32,000 bases of DNA from Haloquadratum walsbyi C23. Lineage in GTDB: Archaea; Halobacteriota; Halobacteria; Halobacteriales; Haloferacaceae. Numbering within the stretch: position 1 is the stretch's first letter; every line of letters begins with the position of its first letter. Shown one piece after another: positions 8,860 through 17,117 of this stretch. Made by a program: the position numbers and the translations under genes. Location: assembly GCF_000237865.1 (NCBI RefSeq), contig NC_017459.1, positions 2,880,001 through 2,912,000 on the forward strand, written 5' to 3'. The notes beneath the pieces are model-generated. The model did not search any database, was not told the DNA's origin, and saw nothing but the letters and a program-made list of their open reading frames with translations.

Positions 8860-9183
8860 CTATAGTTTATCACGCCATCGAAGTGAGTTTTTATTCAGTT
8901 TTTCGACAGTTGGCTTTCCTTCTTCAATCATGATATCTGCGATATCAATTGCTTTGTGAAGTTCTTTCTCAGAGAGATTTTCATAAGCAGGGCGTCCGTC
9001 AACATGGTCGTACCATTCGTCTTCAAATGTATTATCAAGCACAACACGACCGAAGCAATGATTCAGATGGATTGGCCACCCATCGCTATCCTGTGCCATA
9101 TTTGGGAGTATCTCATTTACTTTTTCATCGTACTCTTCACGAAGTTCGGAGAGATTAGTTCCAGTCAGTGTCTCCTGACTCAT
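8860..9183 (-). CDS. Hypothetical protein (107 aa, acidic, no family recognised)
   Basis: A clean ORF with an ATG start and haloarchaeal acidic composition. It contains WPIHLNHCFGRVVLDNTFEDEWYDHV. I cannot assign a family from memory. Confidence 0.55.
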   Translation of the reverse strand: MSQETLTGTNLSELREEYDEKVNEILPNMAQDSDGWPIHLNHCFGRVVLDNTFEDEWYDHVDGRPAYENLSEKELHKAIDIADIMIEEGKPTVEKLNKNSLRWRDKL

Positions 9184-9362
9184 ATATCGAATAAAGTAAC
9201 CACAGTCTCAAACGATTTGTGAATTTGCTGCCGTGTTTCAAGAGTTCGCCTTCTGCTGGTCTATGTTATCATACACATTTTCGTGTCTCACGATAATATT
9301 GATAATGATTTGATTAAAACTCGATATGGGTTTTTTATTCTTACAATTACTATGATATATTG

Positions 9363-9554
9363 ATGGTAACATTTGAGTTCGGATGGATTGGGTTACTCTT
9401 AGTGATGACAAGTGGTGGGTTTGGAGCGATTGGAATATTACCATTCTTTGGGATTGGACCAGACGCAGATGATCGAAGTAATCAGATAAAAGCGTTTGTC
9501 GTGTTTTTTATTATCCTTTCATCGATTGCAGCAACCGCAGCCGCAGTCGTATGA
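9363..9554 (+). CDS. Possible small two-TM membrane protein (63 aa)
   Basis: MVTFEFGWIGLLLVMTSGGFGAIGILPFFGIG...AFVVFFIILSSIAATAAAVV has two hydrophobic helices separated by a charged loop. It is short and AT-rich, so this is weak. Confidence 0.3.
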   Translation: MVTFEFGWIGLLLVMTSGGFGAIGILPFFGIGPDADDRSNQIKAFVVFFIILSSIAATAAAVV

Positions 9555-9679
9555 CCTATTATACGTGTGTGGACTAGCATCTTGTGGCTGGCTCTATGAC
9601 GACTTGGTATCAGTGTTCGAATCAATAGATAACTTAGAGCATCAATATCGGTGATTGCATTAATTTGAACGGGTAGAGC

Positions 9680-10401
9680 ACAGGTGAATCGCTCTTCCTC
9701 GTCACCGAGTTTCCGGTGGATGTTCGTCTTACCGTGTTCCTGACAGCGAGTGGTAATAATATGGTAGCATTGGCGTTCCTGTTTGAGTTGTCCGTAATCG
9801 AGGACGAGTGTGCCCTTCGTCTGCATTGTCTCGCGGTCGAGGGCGGTGAGCGCGACGTTGCGCTCGTTGATGTCTACGCCAACCACAGTATCAACGGTGT
9901 CAAGTTCGGGCACGTCGAACTCGCGTGTGACCGTGACGTGTAGGGAGTACACGCTATCGCGGCACAGGAGTTCGACCTGCCCCACATCCACCTCATCCGA
10001 CGTGAGGGCGTCTCAAAGTTCGTCCATCGCATCCGACTCACCTCGCAGATGACCCTTCACCCTCATGATTTCGGGGTAATGCGGAACTGGACGCGGTTCG
10101 TGTCGTCCTCAACAGTGAGGCGGTAGCTTTCCGTGTGCGCCATCATGAATGGGTACACACCGGATTTGTCCGCACTCGGTGGCGTCGGCTTGCTGCCTCC
10201 GGCATCAGGGTCGTCTTGTTCGCACCACCACTCGAGGAGGGATTGGTGGGAGTCCCATGTTTGGAGGACTTTGCCGACGACCGCGCACTTATTACTCCGC
10301 AGGAATTCATCGTGGTCAACCTGTTTTTGTATCTCGGTGCAGTTGTACCCTTGCTGTTTGAGGCGGATGGTTTGGTTGAATATCTCGCGTGAAGCGGGCA
10401 T
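9680..10401 (-). pseudogene. tnpB: tnpB pseudogene (5' two-fifths only) of an older IS200/IS605 element, divergent from the split tnpA
   Basis: Positions 10401-10063 read MPASREIFNQTIRLKQQGYNCTEIQ...RVQFRITPKS*. After a frameshift and an in-frame stop, the sequence reads ...DVGQVELLCRDSVYSLHVTVTREFDVPELDTVDTVVGVDINERNVALTALDRE...HRKLGDEEERFT. GVDxN is the RuvC-I motif. Similarity and GC-richness end abruptly near 9680; there is no RuvC-II/III and no zinc finger. Confidence 0.7.
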
Positions 10402-10568
10402 CGTGAAGCCACGATTGTTCACCAGACGCTATGTGAAGGCGCGTTTGAATGGTTTTCGTGGCTTCTTCACACATATTCTGATAATCATTTCAGACTGGCA
10501 TAAGTGTAGGCACGAGGGATAAAGAGGTACCGAAGTCATTCATATTCGGCTAGTTCCTGTAAGTATAG

Positions 10569-10647
10569 TATGATTTTGTCTGGTGTTCCAAGTATCGACA
10601 CCCGGTTCTTGACGTAGTGGAAGGAGATGTGAATGTGAGGGAGTTAT
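10569..10647 (+). pseudogene. tnpA: IS200-type Y1 transposase tnpA, N-terminal piece (split by IS insertion; start codon region decayed)
   Basis: It reads YDFVWCSKYRHPVLDVVEGDVNVREL, which fits the conserved hVW.(T/S)KYR..VL N-terminal motif of IS200/IS605 TnpA. Stops lie immediately upstream (10560-10568). It ends exactly at the TTAT that precedes the IS left end. Confidence 0.65.
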
Positions 10648-10679
10648 AGAATTTCGAGGAGAATACCCGCGTCTTCAGG

Positions 10680-10935
10680 CCTGTCTCTTACCCACAACTC
10701 GAGTCAGGATTTTAGCGGAACGGGATCGGCGAGCACGACTGAAATCCCCGGTATCTACAGTTTCAGCATCTCTTTGGAACAATTGTAGTGGAGTCGATTA
10801 CCGGCGTTCTGTAATCCCCACAGCCGATATCATTGTCTGAATCGCTTCTCGCCTCGGTTTTTTGAGTTCAAAATACCTCTGAGAGCGTCTGAAACGTCCG
10901 GTTACGACTCCACAAACTTATGGGTAAGAGACAGG
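10680..10935. mobile_element. 256-bp MITE with Tn5/IS4-like terminal inverted repeats and an 8-bp target-site duplication
   Basis: The TIRs are CCTGTCTCTTACCCA(C/T)AA (10680-) and its complement ...GGGTAAGAGACAGG (-10935). Direct repeats TCTTCAGG lie at 10672-10679 and 10936-10943. There is no ORF. Removing the element plus one repeat recreates a perfect hairpin, CCCGCG-TCTTCAGG-CGCGGG. Confidence 0.8.
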
Positions 10936-11065
10936 TCTTCAGGCGCGGGATGAATCCGACAACTCCTCCGCAACCACCGCCGATGGCTGGACGGGATATT
11001 CCACCGTTCTCAAACACCAAAGTTTAATTCTGAAGCGAGTATAAATTATTATACAGACGTTCAGA

Positions 11066-12421
11066 ATGTTAGAAGTCCACCGAACCCATCGAGTGAAAAT
11101 CCTCAATCACGCACAGGTAGAGGGATCGCTTGACAGGCATGGGTGGAGTGCATCGAAACTCTGGAATGTCGCCAACTACCACTCTCGACAAGAGTGGGAA
11201 GCCACGGGCGAGATACCTGACCACGGCGATCTTAAATACGAGTTGAAGACTCACAACAACTACAAGGGATTGCACAGTCAATCCAGTCAGCGCGTTCTGG
11301 AGGAACTCGCTGAAGCCTTCAACTCGTGGTACGGCAAGAGGAAGTCTGACACTCGAGCGAATCCGCCCGGCTACCGCAAAAAAAACTACTACGACCAACA
11401 GGGTCGCCGCGTCCACGAAGAACACCCTCGTTCAACAGTAACGTGGAAGCAGAACGGCATCAAACACGACACCAAGAACAACCGTGTTCGACTCTCAAAA
11501 GGCGCGAATCACAAACAACACGCAAAAGCGTGGGAATACATCCTTGTCGAATACAAAACCCGGTCCAGTGTTACCGTCGAAAACGTACAACAGGTCAGAT
11601 CCGTCTACGACAAGGCCAAACAGCGGTGGGAACTTCACATCGTCTGCAAGCACGAAATCGAGACACCCACCGCGCCCGGCAACGAGACTGCTGGTATCGA
11701 CCTCGGCATCTGTAACTTTGCCGCTGTTGCGTACAGTACCGAGGAAGCCGACCTCTACCCCGGCAATCGCCTCAAACAAGATGGCTACTACTTCCCAAAA
11801 GAAATCGCCAAGTGTGATGACTCTGGTGGTGAGGAATCCACTCGACTCCATGCGAAGTGGTCGGAGCGCCGAACCCACTTCTTCCACTCCTTGGCGACAC
11901 ACATCGTTGAGCGATGTATCGAGAACAGTGTTGGGCGCATTAACATCGGAAAACTCGCTGGTGTCCGCGAAGATAATAACGGTAACGGTAACTCGAAGAA
12001 CTGGGGGAAGCACGGAAATCTCGACTTGCACGGGTGGGCGTTCGACAGGTTCTCGAACATCCTCGAATACAAGGCGAAGGTCGAGGGAATCGAAGTCGGA
12101 GAAGTGTCAGAGCGTGACACGAGCAACACGTGTTGTGTCTGTGGGAGAAAAGACGAGAGTCAGCGTGTTGAGCGTGGCTTGTACGTGTGTGAAGAACACG
12201 ACGACGGCGACGACGACGGCGACGGGGATGCGTTCAACGCTGATGTAAATGGGGCCGAGAACATCCGTCTCGACATCAATCACACAGAAAGTAACTCTGA
12301 GTCTGCACCCGATTTGGGTGGGGATAGGAGTACCGGCTGGTTGGCACAGCCTGGAGTCTACCTTCATGACCTCTCCCGAGGATTCCAACCTCGGATAGAG
12401 GTGGTGGACTGCAAACCGTAA
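11066..12421 (+). CDS. tnpB: TnpB (IS200/IS605 OrfB, RNA-guided RuvC nuclease), apparently intact, 451 aa
   Basis: An uninterrupted ORF. RuvC-I is TAGIDLGICNFAAV. The zinc finger is CCVCG...YVCEEH. RuvC-III is FNADVNGAENIRLD. WAFDRFSNILEYKAKVEGIEV is the typical TnpB bridge region. Confidence 0.88.
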   Translation: MLEVHRTHRVKILNHAQVEGSLDRHGWSASKLWNVANYHSRQEWEATGEIPDHGDLKYELKTHNNYKGLHSQSSQRVLEELAEAFNSWYGKRKSDTRANPPGYRKKNYYDQQGRRVHEEHPRSTVTWKQNGIKHDTKNNRVRLSKGANHKQHAKAWEYILVEYKTRSSVTVENVQQVRSVYDKAKQRWELHIVCKHEIETPTAPGNETAGIDLGICNFAAVAYSTEEADLYPGNRLKQDGYYFPKEIAKCDDSGGEESTRLHAKWSERRTHFFHSLATHIVERCIENSVGRINIGKLAGVREDNNGNGNSKNWGKHGNLDLHGWAFDRFSNILEYKAKVEGIEVGEVSERDTSNTCCVCGRKDESQRVERGLYVCEEHDDGDDDGDGDAFNADVNGAENIRLDINHTESNSESAPDLGGDRSTGWLAQPGVYLHDLSRGFQPRIEVVDCKP

Positions 12422-12485
12422 TATCCCAACCCAAACGGTGCGGTGCCGTGGGATTCCTCCGCGTGAACGCGGAGGAGGATGTCAA
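12320..12485 (+). ncRNA. Predicted omega-RNA (reRNA) scaffold of the TnpB element, overlapping the tnpB 3' end and running to the right end
   Basis: Ordered sequence blocks are conserved with the coding-dead remnant at 3162-2993 (see that feature). It ends in the hairpin CCTCCGCG-tgaa-CGCGGAGG followed by AGGATGTCAA. The position matches where TnpB omega-RNAs are encoded. The 5' boundary is not determinable from sequence. Confidence 0.45.
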
Positions 12486-12781
12486 TTGATGAGACTGCCG
12501 ACCACTCCGGGCACGAGACTCTGGCGTTGGAGATTGCAGACGAAGACGACCACGTACACCTGTTCGTGCAAACAGACTCAAAACACAGTCCAACAGATAT
12601 TGCCCGGCAATTCAAACCGCACGCGAGTAAGCAGTTGCTGGAGCGGTATCGCGAGATTCGGGAGGCGTATTTCTGGGGTGGCGGATTCTGGACGGTTTGG
12701 TAGTGCGTGGGAACGACAGGTGCGGTGTCGGAGGAAGTGATTAGACGGTATATCGAAGAGATAGAACACGTGCCAGAGTGA
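12486..12781 (+). pseudogene. tnpA: IS200-type Y1 transposase tnpA, C-terminal piece (in-frame TAG at 12701)
   Basis: It reads (F)DETADHSGHETLALEIADEDDHVHLFVQTDSKHSPTDIARQFKPHASKQLLERYREIREAYFWGGGFWTVW*CVGTTGAVSEEVIRRYIEEIEHVPE*. The HUH motif (HVHL), the K..S/T..L helix and the C-terminal ..YI..Q/E motif are typical of TnpA. Confidence 0.7.
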
Positions 12782-12790
12782 CGCGCTTCA

Positions 12791-12829
12791 CCCCGCCCAC
12801 GGTGGGGCGGGGAACTCGCGCTGTTTTTT
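12791..12829 (+). other. GC hairpin (CCCCGCCC-acggtg-GGGCGGGG) followed by T6: end hairpin of the old IS and/or a terminator between convergent genes
   Basis: A perfect 8-bp G/C stem at 12791-12798/12805-12812 is flanked by GCGC...GCGC. A T6 run lies at 12824-12829. It sits 10 nt after the tnpA stop and 26 nt from the stop of the convergent permease gene. Confidence 0.4.
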
Positions 12830-12854
12830 CATTTAGAATATATCGGTAATCGCT

Positions 12855-13676
12855 TCAGATTGGTCGGCGGAACGTTGAGGCAACGCCCGCAAGTACCGCA
12901 CTAACAGCAAGCACAAGCACACTGGCTGCATTGAGGAATGCAACAGCCCCAACTCGAACTTTCCCGAAGATCTCGAGTGGGACTGTCGTTATCCCAGAAC
13001 CAGCAAGGAAGAACGTGATGAGAAACTCATTGAATGAGAGTGCAAACGCGAAAAGTGCACTTGCAATAATCGCCGGACGAAGAAGTGGTAGTGTGACTGT
13101 CCGGAATACGGTCCACTCAGTTGCCCCGAGGTCACGTGCTGCCGCTTGTAATTGTATATCTAATTCAGCGTATCGGGCAGCAATCAAGAATGTCGTGAAT
13201 GGAAGTACCCAAAATAAGTGTCCAACAGCAACAGGCACAAGACCAAAACCAATTCCGATATGACCAGCAGTGACTCCGATTCCAAATGCAAGGACAACCG
13301 TCGGGACAAACAGCGGCAATGAAATAATGACACCAATAGCTTGCTGTATCGGTCGTGAGAGATCACTCCACGTCAAGCTATATGCTCCAGCAAGCCCAAA
13401 AATTGTCCCACCAATCGCGGAGAATACCCCAAGTCCAATGCTTGTCATGAGTGCGCGAAGAAACCGCTGATCTGTCAGAACATCAATATACCATTGTAAT
13501 GAGAATTCTTCAATTGGAATTGTCGGTTGTCCGCTTGGTGAAACAGAGAGATAAGCAACAACAAAAACCGGTATGTAGAGAAATAAAACCGTTAATATAA
13601 CAACTACGCCTGGAAGTCTTCCTGCTCCATACTTGAGTAATCGGCGGAAATTATCGATACGATCAGGTTCAATCAT
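12855..13676 (-). CDS. ABC transporter permease (PotC-like, spermidine/putrescine-type family)
   Basis: 273 aa with multiple TM helices. It has the EAA-type loop ...AARDLGATEWTVFRTVTLPLLRPAI... typical of binding-protein-dependent transport inner-membrane components. Confidence 0.85.
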   Translation of the reverse strand: MIEPDRIDNFRRLLKYGAGRLPGVVVILTVLFLYIPVFVVAYLSVSPSGQPTIPIEEFSLQWYIDVLTDQRFLRALMTSIGLGVFSAIGGTIFGLAGAYSLTWSDLSRPIQQAIGVIISLPLFVPTVVLAFGIGVTAGHIGIGFGLVPVAVGHLFWVLPFTTFLIAARYAELDIQLQAAARDLGATEWTVFRTVTLPLLRPAIIASALFAFALSFNEFLITFFLAGSGITTVPLEIFGKVRVGAVAFLNAASVLVLAVSAVLAGVASTFRRPI

Positions 13677-13792
13677 TGACTCGGATGTGATCGGTGAATC
13701 AGATATCTTTGCATTGATTGTTTCATTCGCCTGGTTGTCTGTGTATTTGGTAACTAATTGATATTTCGTTGATAATCATTATTAGCTGCTGG

Positions 13793-14728
13793 TTACCACT
13801 GTCGTAATTCCGTTCGGATTTGTGGGATCGAAACGCCAAGTAAGATACCGGCGACTACAATTGTAAGGAAAATAAATGACAACGCTGCTGCAAAACCATA
13901 CTCAAAGTATGTCTGAAATGCATCAACGATGAGTGTTGCAATCATTACATCGCCTGGTCCACCGAGAATTTCTGGTGTTGCATACGCGCCAGCAATTCGT
14001 GCATAGACAATTAATGCCCCGGCGAGAGCACCCGAATATGTTTGTGGGATAACCACGTCCCAGAGAACCCGTATGTTCGTAGCGCCAAGATCACGGGCAA
14101 CCTCAATCAATCGATAATCGAATTGTTCCATCGAGACAAACAGTGTTAGTATGACATATGGAAGATAAATATACACAAATCCAAGAAACATTGAGACCTC
14201 GGTATACAGCATCTCAGTTGGAGTCGAGATAATTCCAACTCCGGTAAGAACCGTATTAAGTAATCCTCCTCGTGCGAGAATCCATACCCATGTATAATTC
14301 AACACAACATAATTTAACCAGAGCGGAAGGGTAACTGAAAGAAGCCCAAGAAGTCGGTATCGCCGGGGACAACGCTGTGTCAACCAATATGTTACTGGAT
14401 ATGCGATAGTAATACAGGTTGCTGTGACAACAACTCCAATGCCGAGTGAGTATATGAGTGTCTGTCGATACAGTGGTTCCATTGCTGTGGCATAATTTGC
14501 TATCGTGAGGCTCGGTCCAATGCTCTCAATAAAGAGTAAAATGAGCGGCACGACACCAAGAATAATAGCTAATGCGGTCGGACTACTTGCGATAAGTTCA
14601 CTGCGATTTCGATCATACCACTGAGAAGTTTGGTCACTGTGCCGGGTTGATACAGGAGAAGTTGTCTCTGATCCCGCAGAGTTATTATTCGTATCACTAT
14701 CATCGTCGCCAATATCTGTTGTACTCAC
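13793..14728 (-). CDS. ABC transporter permease (PotB-like) with a ~45-aa hydrophilic acidic N-terminal extension
   Basis: 311 aa. The GTG start lies 2 nt after the ATPase stop. It has the EAA loop ...EVARDLGATNIRVLWDVVIPQTYSG... and six predicted TM segments. Confidence 0.85.
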   Translation of the reverse strand: MSTTDIGDDDSDTNNNSAGSETTSPVSTRHSDQTSQWYDRNRSELIASSPTALAIILGVVPLILLFIESIGPSLTIANYATAMEPLYRQTLIYSLGIGVVVTATCITIAYPVTYWLTQRCPRRYRLLGLLSVTLPLWLNYVVLNYTWVWILARGGLLNTVLTGVGIISTPTEMLYTEVSMFLGFVYIYLPYVILTLFVSMEQFDYRLIEVARDLGATNIRVLWDVVIPQTYSGALAGALIVYARIAGAYATPEILGGPGDVMIATLIVDAFQTYFEYGFAAALSFIFLTIVVAGILLGVSIPQIRTELRQW

Positions 14729-14730
14729 GA

Positions 14731-16053
14731 CTATGAATTCAAGTCTGGTTCTTGATTCCCTGCGATGGGATTCGTATTTTTATTTCGGTCAAGAACGCCA
14801 TTATCACCGTCACCATCTGTAGATTCGCGATTATAATTATTCTCGACAACTAATACACCGCCATCGATCTGAAGTGTGACAGAGTCGCCGACTTGGAGTC
14901 CCGCATTGAGATTGAGCGGCGTTTCTTCATCCGTTCCGGCAGATGGTTCGCCTGCTGTTGTCCTAGATGCACTCGAAGTTACAGTCGCTTTTATTTCGGA
15001 CGGTGGTTTGGGTATTTGTGCATTTGACTTTATAGAGTCGATTGTATTCATCTGTGTGTCGTGTGGCTCAATATGTGCATCTGTTCGTATCGTCACTTCG
15101 ATACTGTCGGCTAGTTCAATTGTCGCTTCCTCGTAAAATCCTTTATACGCACTTGTAATTACTGTCCCGTTGATTCCCTCGTCGGCAATGGTGAATGCGT
15201 CGGGTCGTAATGCAATGGTTACAGTCTCTCCAACATCTGGATTGACAGTGTTCATCGCTGGAGTAATCATTCCGATCGGTGTGTCAACAGTGACTGTTGA
15301 TTCTGCCATATCACACTGAATGACTGTTCCGCGAAGAATTGTTGCATCCCCAAGGAATGTAGCAACGAATCGAGTTGCTGGGCGAGTGTACAACCGACGC
15401 GGCGAACCAACATCAACAATCGCCCCGTCCTGCATGACTGCTATGCGATCAGCCATGCTGATTGCGCTTGTCTGGTTGTGTGTTACATACAGAAATGTCG
15501 TTTCTGACTCACGTTGGATCTGTCGAAATTCTGATTGAAGACTCTCTCGTAGTGACTTATCCAGCGATGCGAGTGGTTCATCTAATAACAATATAGCAGG
15601 GTCATTTACAAGCGCACGCGCAAGTGCAACTCGCTGTTGTTGTCCACCTGAAAGCGATGCTGGATCTCGGTCGCCAAATCCACCGAGATTGACCAACTCC
15701 AAAGCTTTCGTGACACGCGATTGCCGCTCTGGATTGTCAATTCCTTTTCGGGCAAGAGCATACCCAACGTTTTCTGCGACTGTGAAATGTGGGAATAGCA
15801 CCAGATCCTGAAATACCATATTTGTATCGCGTGTCCGAGCTGGTTGGTTCGTTATCACCGTATCGTCAAGATGTACTGTTCCTGCATCAGGCGCTGTCAA
15901 TCCAGCTAATAACCGAAGTGTGGTTGTTTTTCCGCATCCGGAGGGACCAATAAGTGCAAAAAATTCTCCTGATTCAACAGTGAGATCAATCTTATCAACT
16001 GCTCGTGTCGATTCAAATGACTTTATGAGTCCAATCGCTTTGAGTGCAGCCAC
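14731..16053 (-). CDS. ABC transporter ATP-binding protein (PotA-like) with an extended, low-complexity C-terminal region
   Basis: Walker [10 protein letters not shown], signature [15 protein letters not shown], Walker [14 protein letters not shown]-loop YVTHNQ. I place the start at GTG 16053, 2 nt after the upstream stop, the same spacing as the next gene. The alternative GTG 16086 from the ORF track overlaps the binding-protein gene by 31 nt. Confidence 0.88.
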   Translation of the reverse strand: MAALKAIGLIKSFESTRAVDKIDLTVESGEFFALIGPSGCGKTTTLRLLAGLTAPDAGTVHLDDTVITNQPARTRDTNMVFQDLVLFPHFTVAENVGYALARKGIDNPERQSRVTKALELVNLGGFGDRDPASLSGGQQQRVALARALVNDPAILLLDEPLASLDKSLRESLQSEFRQIQRESETTFLYVTHNQTSAISMADRIAVMQDGAIVDVGSPRRLYTRPATRFVATFLGDATILRGTVIQCDMAESTVTVDTPIGMITPAMNTVNPDVGETVTIALRPDAFTIADEGINGTVITSAYKGFYEEATIELADSIEVTIRTDAHIEPHDTQMNTIDSIKSNAQIPKPPSEIKATVTSSASRTTAGEPSAGTDEETPLNLNAGLQVGDSVTLQIDGGVLVVENNYNRESTDGDGDNGVLDRNKNTNPIAGNQEPDLNS

Positions 16054-16055
16054 AC

Positions 16056-17117
16056 TTAGTTCGCCTCCGTCTTCGCCTGGCTCCACGTGTTAGCGTATTG
16101 TTTAATCAGTTCAGGCGGCTTTGGCTCTTCATAAATAAATCGATCAGGATTATCAAGTCCGTATGATTCCCGGGTGACATCTTGTTCAGAGAAGACCTGA
16201 TCGTTCGGAACAGCAATATTGTTTGGCTCCATGAGCGAGCGATATCCCATCATCGTGTGCCACTCCTGAATGAATGTGTGTGCAAGTTCTGGATTCTCAG
16301 CTTCCGCGTGAATCGTATGCTGAATGAACCATGCTTTTGTGCCCTCGCTTGGATAAACGCGTTCGACTGGAAGCCCATCATCCTGCATCGTCTGAATAAC
16401 ATAATTCCATACCGGTTGGACACCAACCTCCTCATTACGAAGCAAGCTCTCGGATTCACCACCGTTATTCCATAATCCACCGGTTACTTCAAGACGCTCG
16501 ATTAAATCTGATTGTAGAGCATCAAAATCAATCTCAGATGCAGAGCTTGGATTGAGCGGCGTGTCAAAAGCTGCATTTCGGTAGAGAACTTGTAGCCGTG
16601 CGTCGTCACGACCACCTGAAACCCCGTTAAGTGAATCTGACCAAAGATCAGCCAATGCAGTGATTTCAGTCTCTACGAGATCCACGTTTACCGCGAGTGG
16701 CGTCTGTCCGAAACTTCGTGGGGACCCATAAATATCACCGTCAGTTTCAAAATATGGCTTCTTCAAGAAGTCAAAGATATCATCATATGCAGGGATTTGA
16801 TCGATATCAAGCGGTTGGATGTATCCCTCATCCATCGCTGGTTTTACTGCATAATTTCCGAGTGGGACCAAATCATAATCAGCTCTCCCAGCACGCAATG
16901 CGGCAAGTGTCTCTGCAGACCCCTGTGCGGCTTGCCGCTCAACTGTCACTCCATGTCGATCTTCAAATTCCTCAATGACCCCGTCGTTGTAGACATATCC
17001 CCAGTCAATCATAGTGAGCGTTTGTGATCCTGACCCGATCCCAGCACACCCTGCAAGGCTGGTTGTCGCAGCAGCACCAACACCTGCAAGAAATCCACGC
17101 CGTGATTTGTCTATCAT
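16056..17117 (-). CDS. ABC transporter substrate-binding lipoprotein (PotD/PotF-like), Tat signal
   Basis: From ATG 17117: [26 protein letters not shown], a twin-arginine motif plus lipobox. It is about 350 aa and the first gene of the 4-gene operon. Confidence 0.85.
   Translation of the reverse strand: MIDKSRRGFLAGVGAAATTSLAGCAGIGSGSQTLTMIDWGYVYNDGVIEEFEDRHGVTVERQAAQGSAETLAALRAGRADYDLVPLGNYAVKPAMDEGYIQPLDIDQIPAYDDIFDFLKKPYFETDGDIYGSPRSFGQTPLAVNVDLVETEITALADLWSDSLNGVSGGRDDARLQVLYRNAAFDTPLNPSSASEIDFDALQSDLIERLEVTGGLWNNGGESESLLRNEEVGVQPVWNYVIQTMQDDGLPVERVYPSEGTKAWFIQHTIHAEAENPELAHTFIQEWHTMMGYRSLMEPNNIAVPNDQVFSEQDVTRESYGLDNPDRFIYEEPKPPELIKQYANTWSQAKTEAN

Larger units (their letters stand above)
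10648..12485 (+). mobile_element. tnpB-only IS200/IS605-family element (IS1341 group), 1838 bp including a nested 256-bp MITE
   Basis: The left end AGAATTTCGAGGAGAATACCCGCG and right end ...CCTCCGCGtgaaCGCGGAGGAGGATGTCAA are both shared with the copy at 4342-4575. The left flank is TTAT at both loci. Joining 10647 to 12486 restores an in-frame tnpA (...NVREL-F-DETADHSGHE...). Confidence 0.8.

Noticed and set aside
11484-12248. Long alternative-frame and antisense ORFs inside real genes, for example 11484..12248, 11495..12031, 20528..21070, 23427..23888, 18305..18721 and 9810..10052.
   Set aside because: They are shadow ORFs of GC-richer coding regions. Their Ser/Arg/Thr-rich, non-acidic composition is unlike the surrounding halophilic proteome.
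12701-12703. The in-frame TAG inside tnpA as possible pyrrolysine or programmed readthrough.
   Set aside because: The gene is also split by an IS and lacks a start codon, so it is a pseudogene. Pyl machinery is not a haloarchaeal trait and nothing like it is in the window.
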